The notes under the pieces were generated by a model. That model was not told the DNA's origin, did not search any database, and was given only the letters and a program-made list of their open reading frames with translations. The translations under genes were made by a program, and so were the position numbers. A stretch of DNA of 64,000 bases, from NCBI RefSeq assembly GCF_006345805.1, contig NC_043010.1, positions 31,310,001-31,374,000 of the forward strand, given 5' to 3'. Origin of the DNA: Octopus sinensis (lineage: Eukaryota). Of the stretch, positions 54,274 to 64,000 are shown piece by piece. The number at the start of each line of letters is the position of its first letter. The stretch's first letter is position 1.

Positions 54274-55402
54274 ATAATGCTAGGGATGGGAGTGATGACC
54301 TCCCCTCACAAATACTAATCGGACACAGAATGTGTGTCGTTAGCCATCTGAAGGAGAAGTGTTCCTGGGGCTATAAAAGTCAGTAGCACTATCCCGTTTG
54401 GGACGCCACACATGGCAATTATGTTACGATAAATATATATGCACCTATATGTAATATGAAATAAACATCGACGTGTTGTAATAATAATAATAATAATTTG
54501 AAAATAGGTTTTAAAAATAAACTAAATAGAAACACAAGTAAAAATATTCAGTTTTATAAGAGACATACACACTCATGTAAAGTTTCTAGAATAAATGTAG
54601 TGGTGGGTAATCTTGTACTTTAACGTACCGTTTTCACTTTTGCAGACTAGCTTTTTTTTCTTCTAGTTGTGCAGGGTTTTTTTTTCCTTCCAGTTTCGTA
54701 AATGAATAGTATCAATAGTGATAATAACAACAATGATTTAGTAATTAGAATTTTAAATAAATTCCCTTCAGGAAATATTCTTCACATGTTGCTAGGAGTA
54801 TTTTATTTTTTTCCAAAACTCAGTCACCACCAGGCTTATATACGTTTTTATATTGTGAAGCAGCAAATCCATGTAATTAATAAATAATTACAGAACACAG
54901 CTAGTGTTTGTAGACATACTGAAAGCCAAAAGTTAGAAGAAAACGCCAGCAAAATTAAAAAGTAATACATTACTCATGGAAAATCCCCAGGTAAAAAGAA
55001 AACTACGTCTGCAAAAGTGAAGTCTCTACGTTTATACTCTTAGACAACCTAAACTTATTCTTTCAAAGCATGCCAAAGTTCTTCGAAAATTTGTTCGAAT
55101 TAAAGTGCTTTTCGATCTAAACGTACGTTACAGTATATTTGGCTGTGTTGAACCGGCATCGTTTTGAACAAAAAATGCACACACACACACCACAGTTGTT
55201 TTGTCCCATGTTATCTGTAGCGAAGCAGACCATAGATAATCAAGAGTGGCCAACTGCGTGTATTTGTTGTACATTGTATGTCTTGGACTACATTATCCAA
55301 CATGTCTCATTCTTTTTGAAAGGCTGTATGGTGGAATTTGATTGAGATTCTGTTGTTATTTCTAGCAGGTCATTTGACCTGCTAGAAATAGAGGCTAGTG
55401 TG

Positions 55403-55473
<71 letters not shown>

Positions 55474-57089
55474 CATATATCAAGGTTTGTGTATGTGTAC
55501 ATGTAATTGAATAGTAACTTTGTAACATTCACATATGCATGTACGTACTTACATATACAAATAACTATTTAGACGTTGCTTAAATAAATCGTTTACGAAA
55601 GTATGTCTGCATTATCTGTTTACTGAAAAAGAAAAAGCCATCGATAGCGATCGAGTAACTATTGTTATTCTAGCATTTCTCTGGACACTGTCTTGTCCAG
55701 TTACAGGTGAGCTTTGAATGAACAGGGCTATGTTCAAAGACATTCCAGCTCCGACAATCCAAGATTTATTCAAATATTAACGTTAACATTATCGCTAGGA
55801 CTTGCATCATACGACGTGTCTTATTTTTATAATTTTTTTTCTTTTCCTTTTAAGAGTGTAAGGAATGATTTGAGAGAGATTGAACTGCTATTTGTAGCAA
55901 ATCGATTTACTACATGCATGGAATCTTATTGCTCTGTGGTAACTGTTGCGGTTTAGAATTGTTTTCTCTTTGCTATTTTTATTGCATTTATTTTTCTAAG
56001 CGTGAGGTTTTATCCCTTATTTGGTTCGATGCTCTCTGACTTGGTACTAAATAAAGCACCTGGTTAATTTTGAAGTTTATTTAAACTGTTTCGTAGTTTA
56101 ATTGACGACGTTAGCAACGCCGTCATTATTATTAGAATTCGACAGCAGTTATTATAGTCATCATTCTTGTTGTTGTTATACAAACGAATGTCGCGAATAT
56201 CCCGATTTCTCTTAGCTATCTCCACGTTATTTTGCTTATGTTAGCAGTCACCAACATTCGTAATGTTGCGACTGCCGCTAGTGTTGACGTTACCTGTCAT
56301 CTCTCTCTAGTGTTGATAAACTAGTTAAGTAGGACCAGTTTTGTACGATTAAATTAACAGCACTAGGCCTCGACCCTCCAAAATTAATTGTCACCTTCTG
56401 TCTGTTGAAGTTAGATATCGATATTGTCAGAGTCGGTAGAGTTACCGACAGCATTCCTTGCAGTATTTAGTTATGGTATTTGATTTTTACGTTGAGTTGA
56501 AATACCGTCATGGTCCGGCTTTGCCTGTCATCCTTCCAGGGGCGATAAAATAAGTACCAATTGAATTCTCGAGTAGAACTAATCAACTATATCTATTCCT
56601 TACATTTCAGACCTTGCCTCTATGTAAGAAACTAATATTTTAAATACCTTGGGAACCAATTAGGAAGCCTTTATGTCGACGCTCGAGTATTCTAGAATTA
56701 GCAGCCAAATTTTCCTCATGTCACGCACTATTGTCTTATAGGATACTTTGGATATTGTTGTCTGGAAAAAGAAAAGATGGTCATGGTTGGAATGTCTCTG
56801 ATCAGAGGTTTTGTTCGTTCAGGGTTGATTTTGGACTTGTTACTTTGGATTTCTCAGTCGAAAAAAAGTTGTAACTTTGTGTTATTTCGGAAATCATCAT
56901 CATCATCATCATTATGAACATCATGATTTCAGCTATTTCTTAGGAATTACTGCTGCCCCATCGTATTGCCCCTATGTTTCTGAAGTGTAGGCAGCGTTGT
57001 CTTTTAGGGATGAAGAATTCTCTGTGTATGTTCCACCAGTTTTGCTTTGGTTCTGATATTATTCCAGTGTTCCATTTATTGGTTGGAAT

Positions 57090-57415
57090 ATCTTGTTTCA
57101 GTTATTGGACTGTAGCTATGCTGGGGCATCACCTTGAAGGGTTTAGTCAAACAAATCAATCCCAGTATTCATATGTCTGGTACTACCAAACTGCTAAGTA
57201 ACGTGGACATAAACTAACAAACAACAATTGTCAAGCAATGATGGGGAACAAACACATACACATATATACACAACAAGTTTCGATAAAGTTTCCATTCACC
57301 AAATTTACTTACAGAGCATTAGTTGACCTAGGGCTATTGTAGAAGACACCTAAAATGCTATACAGTTGGACTGAACCCAGAAACGTGAATACAAAGCATA
57401 CTTCTTAACCATGCA
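57090..57415 (-). mobile_element. SINE family B, decayed
   Basis: Tail and head motifs recognisable. Other partial copies at ~34550, 45730, 58755, 58970. Confidence 0.65.
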
Positions 57416-58214
57416 ATATGAGTTGAATTATTGTTGTTTTTACAATAATTAAATAAGTCCAAAATAGTAATTAATTTTTTTAGCTGAGTAAATTGGGGGC
57501 ATGATCAATAGACTATAGAGCAGGTAATTTAATATCAGGAGTAAGTTCAAATCCTTAGTTATCTGTTATATACTGTGTATCAGGGCTCCCCACTGCTTTC
57601 CGGATGGAAAGGCAAATACATTTTATTCTCATAATAAGCAATTGTGTAGAATGCTATAAATATAACATTACTCCAGCTACAAAAGATAAACCATGTTGGT
57701 CATTATTTCTTTGTAACTTCTGGATTCCCTTTGAGATTTGGCTGTTTTCAGTTGAAATATTGTACATCTTAAGTTGCTGTGAGTATTAGCAGGATTCAGT
57801 GATGTTGGCAATATGGATATGAGATGTTTTGGCATTGCCTATTTGATGTTGCTGGTTCAATGCTGACTTATTTCACATCAGGCATTTTAATATTTCTCTT
57901 GTTCTCAACCTCCCCCCCCTTATGTGCAAACATGTTCCTCTACATGTATGTACCATCATTCTTATACATGTCATGTCCAAACTAACACATTGTTTTCTCA
58001 AAATCCTAAAAACCGTGTCTCATTAAAAGCATTGGTGTGGGTTCTGGTGCCATGTAAAAAGCACCCAGTACACTCTGTAAAGTGGTTGGCATTAAGAAGG
58101 GCATCCAGCCACAGAAACCAAAGCCAAAACAGACTGTGGAACCTGATGCAGCCAGTTCTGTCAAGTTGTCCAACCCATGCCAGCATAGAAAACAGACATT
58201 AAATGTTGATGACT

Positions 58215-58680
58215 ACATCCAATTCCTCTTATACCCACTTTTTCTCTTAAATTATCTGTATTTTGTCATTCATGCACATTCAGCAGAGCATGCTTGCTTC
58301 ATTTCTTTCCAGTCTTCATATATTCTTCATATTCACTGACCATATTTTGATTATCATGCAGCATTGCACTTTGTGCACAAGTTGTATTTAATATACTACT
58401 CAGTGGAAGAGAGAATCCCTTTTGTTGTCTTCAGAGAAATTTTCCCACATTGTTCTTGTTCTGTACTTTCAGGACACCCATTCTACTGGGGATTTGGTCA
58501 CTTAGGTAACAGCTGCTGTCAGCTACTTGTATCAAGCCTTCCAAGAATTTGGAAGAATGTATCTTATTTTTGCTCTGATTGCTAACTACTCCTGTTTGTC
58601 TGCCACATGCAAACTTGTTCACCATCAACCTGCCTGTGAGATCAGTTCACCTCTTGTACACCCATAGATCACACCATGTA
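58215..58680 (-). mobile_element. decayed RTE-type LINE fragment
   Basis: Reverse complement encodes RRLERNEASMLC; related to 47300-47500. Confidence 0.5.
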
Positions 58681-59362
58681 CTCTCTAAAGTGTTCCTGTC
58701 TACTTCTCCGCATATTGAACATGACCACACACACACACACACACACATGTATGAAGGTCTTTTATACAATTTCCTTCTACCAAATTCCACTCAAGATATG
58801 GTTGGCGTTATTTGCTCTTAGTACCTTGCAGAGGTATTGAACCTGGAATCAGGTTGTGAAGCAGGTTTCTTAACCATACAGCCATGACTGCCTTTTTATA
58901 TGTACTGCTTCTCAATAGGATCCAGCAAATAGCTTAAAAGTTCTTTAGAATGTGGGGACAAAAAATGCAATTGTGTGGCTTTGTGAGTAAGAAATGTGCT
59001 TTGTAACCCTGTGGTTTTGGGTTCAGCCTCACTGTGCAACACTTTTGCTAAGTGTCTTCTGCTATAGTCCTGTCTTGACTAATATCTTGTGAGTAAATTT
59101 GGTTGATGGAGAATCTGAGCATCCAGCTATAAAACTTTGCTTCAAATCTAAATGATGCTATTATGGAAAAAACAGATGCTAAACAAACTTTGTTGTTTTC
59201 CAAGGGCTCTTTCTGAAAGATGTCTATTACATTGAAGATTGTTACAACTGGCAGACAATACAAGGTCAAATTCTTACCTTATTCAGGAGTTGTTTTTATT
59301 GTTTTTATCTTTCATATTATAAATATCAAAATTTAGATATATTTATTTTTTTTTATTTTTAG

Positions 59363-59712
59363 ATGATGGAATACAAAAAGCAGCTGCTGTTTTTGACAAG
59401 AATTCTTCACTTTTGAATTTTTGAAAGATAATTTCTTGATGTAAATGCATAAATATATCTGCTGAAAATTATTTGGCAGACTTGCAGAAAATAAAAACTG
59501 GTTATGATTTTATACTATTCTGCTATGTCTTTGAAAACTAATGCTGTTAAGAAAAGGAAAAAGACATTACCAAAGTATATTGCCTTCAGATTCTACCCAA
59601 GTGATAGGTTATTGGATAAATGAATATTGACTATGGAATTCTATCAGCCTTTTCATTCTTGATATGTCTTGAAAACAAATTTGATTGCATTTTTCAAATG
59701 GGAGGAGCAACT
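59363..59712 (+). other. candidate 5' non-coding exon of the second zinc-finger gene
   Basis: Bounded by a T-rich tract ending in ttttAG and by a GTAAGC donor, about 300 bp upstream of the coding exon. No transcript evidence. Confidence 0.35.
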
Positions 59713-60016
59713 GTAAGCATTGTTTTCAAAATATTTTTGTTTTCAAAAATTAAAACTGATTTTGGAGAATCTAAATTCAAAAGATGAAGTTATTACAAAC
59801 AATGAAATCAAATTTATAAGTCAAAATTAAAATATATATTTATATATACACACACACACATACGTATGCATGTATGGGTGTGTATGTGTATATATATAAG
59901 TATATGTATGTAAAGAGAAAGGACAATCCACTAACAGTTAAATATACATACTAATTTGTTTCTTTTAAAATACCAATTGTTATTAGTTGCTGTCTAGAAT
60001 TTGACCATTAAAAATT

Positions 60017-61525
60017 ATGGATAAAAACTTGTCACCGAAACCATTTCCTTGTGACTTGTGTGGAGAAAGTTTTTCACGTCGCAGTACTATGCTGCAACAT
60101 AAACGAACTCATACTGGTGAGAAACCGTTCCATTGTGAGATCTGTTCAAAAGGATTTACACGACCATACACACTCCAAAAGCATCGTCGCTGCCACACGG
60201 GTGAAAAACCATTTGCTTGTGATATTTGTGGTCGTAATTTCTCACGCAGCAGTACTTTGCATGAACACAAGCGAACGCATGCCGGTGACAAACCGTTCCA
60301 GTGTGATATCTGTAGGGACAACTTTTCACGGCGGAGCACATTACTCCAACACCATCGCACGCATTCTGGCGAGAAACCGTTTCCCTGCGAAGTTTGCGGG
60401 AAGAAGTTTACGCGTCGATACACTTTGCAGAAACATGCAAGAGACCACACACGTGAAGCACCATATCACTGTGAAATATGCGGGTGCCGGTTCACACGGC
60501 CTTTCGCTCTTCAGAAACATCGCCGCTCACATACAGGAGAAAAACGATTCCATTGTGATGTATGTGGGGAGAGTTTTTCTCGAAGAAGCAACCTGCATGT
60601 TCACCAAAGAACCCACACCGGCGAAAAGCCATTCAGCTGTTCGTTGTGTGGCAAAAGCTTTTCTCGCAGAAGCAATCTACAAGTACACATACGCAGTCAC
60701 TCAGGAATTAAGCCGTACTGCTGTGAATATTGCAGTAAACGGTTTGTTCGAAGCAGCACACTGTTAGAACATAAACGCATTCACACAGGTGAGAAAGCTT
60801 CATTCCAAAATTTCAATCCTCCTCCTCTTCCTCCTCCTCCTCCTGTTGCCATCAATCCAACTACTGTTGTCAGCAACAACAACAACAACAATAATGCTGA
60901 GAAGAATAGTTGCGTCATGAAAAGTTCAATTGATGACAGCCACAAAGAATTCGTTTTCAGTACTAACAATAACAACACCAATACTAATAGTGACGTTGCC
61001 ATGGGAAACGGTAAACAGTTTACCTACAACATAATTACAGCAGCTGCTAACAATACTTTTCAGAATACTAATGGAGACGAAAACTCTCATAATGAGGCAC
61101 TTCTTGCAACAGATAATAATATGCAATTCAATCAACCCAGGCTAGCCACCACCACTACAACTGATGGCTCTATGTTGCACTGCAGCAACTGTGGAAAGCC
61201 ATATGCCCAATGTTGCCATGTACAACACCAGCAGCTGTTGCTGCAAAGGGGAGCAACCTATTTACAGTCGCAAGCCAGGACCCGGTTATCAGCTTTGGTG
61301 ACAGCCAGAAAATGGCTTGAGCCGCCCACTGTGATAGTAGCTGCCTCTACCACTGCAAACCAGACCAGTATGCCCCCGAATGCTGCTGCTACAGCCATAG
61401 CTTATTCTGAACCTTCCAAAACAGGCCTTCAAACTAACCTTGCTGCAGAGACACTGCCACCTACAGCTTGTAATACACTGGTAGTTGTACAACCCCCAAC
61501 TGCTTGCCCTATAATGGAAACCTGA
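60017..61525 (+). CDS. C2H2 zinc-finger protein, 9 tandem fingers plus low-complexity (Pro/Asn/Thr/Gln) C-terminal tail
   Basis: 502-aa ORF with nine fingers (60044-60784) and TGEKP-type linkers, a degenerate CSNC finger in the tail, and an acceptor-like ttgttattag about 30 nt upstream of the ATG. Confidence 0.95.
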   Translation: MDKNLSPKPFPCDLCGESFSRRSTMLQHKRTHTGEKPFHCEICSKGFTRPYTLQKHRRCHTGEKPFACDICGRNFSRSSTLHEHKRTHAGDKPFQCDICRDNFSRRSTLLQHHRTHSGEKPFPCEVCGKKFTRRYTLQKHARDHTREAPYHCEICGCRFTRPFALQKHRRSHTGEKRFHCDVCGESFSRRSNLHVHQRTHTGEKPFSCSLCGKSFSRRSNLQVHIRSHSGIKPYCCEYCSKRFVRSSTLLEHKRIHTGEKASFQNFNPPPLPPPPPVAINPTTVVSNNNNNNNAEKNSCVMKSSIDDSHKEFVFSTNNNNTNTNSDVAMGNGKQFTYNIITAAANNTFQNTNGDENSHNEALLATDNNMQFNQPRLATTTTTDGSMLHCSNCGKPYAQCCHVQHQQLLLQRGATYLQSQARTRLSALVTARKWLEPPTVIVAASTTANQTSMPPNAAATAIAYSEPSKTGLQTNLAAETLPPTACNTLVVVQPPTACPIMET

Positions 61526-61862
61526 ATATTTCACAACAGACTGAACTTCTCTGAGCCTCTCTGAAACTTACTGGTGTGATACACAGATATCCACCAACTT
61601 CTAAAGTGGTAAAATTATACGCAAATACAGCAATGATGGAAAATACAAAATTGGACAATCTCTTTTTCTAAATTGTTAAAATATTCCAGTAATGATGAAA
61701 AAAAAAAAGAAATTTTTTTAAGTAAGGTAAAGTAAGGTAAAGTTTAAAGAGAAAAAAAGAAATGAGAGTTAAAAAAAAATGGGTGACTTTTTTTTTTCAT
61801 GTTATAATTGAAGTTATATTTGGCTAATCTATTTTTGTTTCAACTTTAATATGATTATTATT

Positions 61863-62076
61863 AAGGCGGCAAGCTGGCAGAAACGTTAGCATGCTGAGCA
61901 AAATGCTTAGCGGTATTTTGTCTGTCTTTACATTCTGAGTTCAAATTCTGCCGAGGTCGACTTTGCCTTTCATCCTTTTGGGGTCGATAAATTAAGTACC
62001 AGTTGCATGCTGGGGTTGATCTAATCAACTGGTCCCCTCCCCCAAAATTTCGGGCCTTGCGCCTAGAGTAGAAAAG
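61863..62076 (+). mobile_element. SINE family A (alternative 3' tail)
   Basis: Same head and core, different tail ending in (ATT)n. More decayed copies at ~16190, 37965, 40710, 51023, 56430. Confidence 0.8.
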
Positions 62077-62195
62077 ATTATTATTATTATTATTGATTTG
62101 CATATGAAGTGGGGTTCTTTTTTTTTTTGTTCTATTTAAATACACTTATGATGCATACACTTATAATTTCCACTTGTTATACACAGCACTTCAAC

Positions 62196-62236
<41 letters not shown>

Positions 62237-62857
62237 GTATATGTATGTATGAATGTTCCCCAGCCTGCCTATTTGATACCCCTTCCCTTTTTACTAAACA
62301 TGTGTACATTTGTTTACCCAGGTATTTGTACTCTCCCCTTGCACTCACACACACACATTTGCATTCTCACAAGTCGTTTCTCTGTTATGTACATACTCAA
62401 ACATGCATATAGTTGCCTAATCCAATATATACATATGTGTATACCCAGCCCAGAAATGAGCATTCGCAACACATACATAAATGCATGTGCTTCAGCCACC
62501 ACCACCATGCCTCCTTCAATCCAAATAATATTTCTGTATACCTGGATGATATACATGTGTTTCCTGTCCAGCATACATGCATACATATCTGTGCATGTTG
62601 CAACAATAGTACATGTATTCACATGTGTACAGTAAACTACTGCAGATCCTACTAATGTGTGTATGTGTGTAGTACACATCACACAATATGCACAGCCCTC
62701 AGTCACATGCATGTGTGTGTGTGTGTGTGTAGTTCCTGGTTTTTGCAGATCAGTATTTCTCTCATATAAGTGCACTCATTGAAGTATTATTTTTGACTTG
62801 CACTTCAGCTGGAAAGTCATTTTTGTGATAATACATTTGAGTGATTTTTCAGATGTT

Positions 62858-62868
62858 TTATATATATA

Positions 62869-62916
<48 letters not shown>

Positions 62917-62944
62917 TATATTTATATATATTTATATATATTTA

Positions 62945-62978
<34 letters not shown>

Positions 62979-63086
62979 TATATATATATTTATTTATATA
63001 TTATATTTATATATTATATTTATATATATTTATTTATATATATTATATATATATATTTATATTTATATATATATTTATATTATATA

Positions 63087-63149
<63 letters not shown>
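62858..63149. repeat. imperfect (TA)n microsatellite
   Basis: Low-complexity A/T tract. Confidence 0.9.
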
Positions 63150-63151
<2 letters not shown>

Positions 63152-63277
63152 GTGTACATGTCTACTAATTGTTAGGTTACTTGTTCCTCAGCAATTTCAC
63201 CAGTCCTTTCTCTCTTTCTAGATGTTATTTTGTTCTCCTCTGTATGCAGTCTAATGTATTTTAACGTGTGTGCATGC

Positions 63278-63315
<38 letters not shown>

Positions 63316-63847
63316 ATCGAAATTACCAAATTGATATTGGAATTCAATCTTTTGTGGGGGGAAGAAAATCAAAACACTATTCGCTTTTAATAATTAATGA
63401 ATTTTTTTCTCTATCTGGGGTGTGTCTGTGTGTGTGAGTGTGAGTTAGGAGACGTTTGAATTTCTTTGGGTTAAAATATTAGAAGTAAATGTGATGATGT
63501 TTTAACACATGCACACAAACACACACATATACACAGACACACATATTAAATCTTACCAAAATCAAACTCGTTTAATCTGAAGTGTGGCACGTAACCACTA
63601 AAGAATTCTAAAACAGACAGACAGACACACACACACACACAAACTCTCGTGTACTCTCTCTCTGTCACACACATACACACACACTCACAATGTGCAACAT
63701 ATCCCCTCGAGGAATGGTTTAGAAATAGAATGTCCTATTTTTCCATCAATTTAGAGTAACTGGCCATTTTCGTTGCCTTGTTTAGGCAGTCCCAGGTCAG
63801 CACTGACCAAATAGACATATAATCAAATATTTTCCAGCTGTGCCCAT

Positions 63848-63878
<31 letters not shown>

Positions 63879-64000
63879 GTATATTATGGACTACATTATC
63901 CAATGTGTTCCTCATTTTTAAGACACTTGGGTGTATTTAAAGCTGTTGATTGCTATTTTTAGCATGCAATTGTATATGGCTGGCTCTCTGTCAGTTTTGA

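Noticed and set aside
62174-62775. 153-aa ORFs on both strands
   Set aside because: Decayed CA/TA-rich low-complexity sequence without domains.

Overview
AT-rich, repeat-dense eukaryotic DNA. The SINE/LINE repertoire, (TA)n tracts and single-exon C2H2 genes suggest an octopus genome (inference, no database check). Only two host protein-coding genes are supportable, both + strand C2H2 zinc-finger genes: 27020-28303 (6 fingers; probable true start 26985 with a 1-nt frameshift in a polyQ tract) and 60017-61525 (9 fingers). The rest is transposon debris: two decayed Gypsy LTR elements (one interrupted by a piggyBac element at TTAA), two convergent Helitron pieces, an R4/Dong-type LINE in a (TAA)n tract, RTE and CR1 fragments, hAT and piggyBac MITEs, and many SINEs. 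The main signal the ORF track misses is a set of about a dozen type I hammerhead-ribozyme-like motifs (CUGANGA...GAAA...NUH with stems I-III) from several unrelated small elements, mostly next to (TA)n. One has an intact core in a ~290-nt hairpin-rich ORF-less cassette (54141-54430). Another family has a ~355-bp unit with alternative base-paired stems between copies (1-310 and 21245-22090). These look like Penelope pLTR/retrozyme-like self-cleaving RNA elements. Repeat boundaries were read by eye and are approximate.
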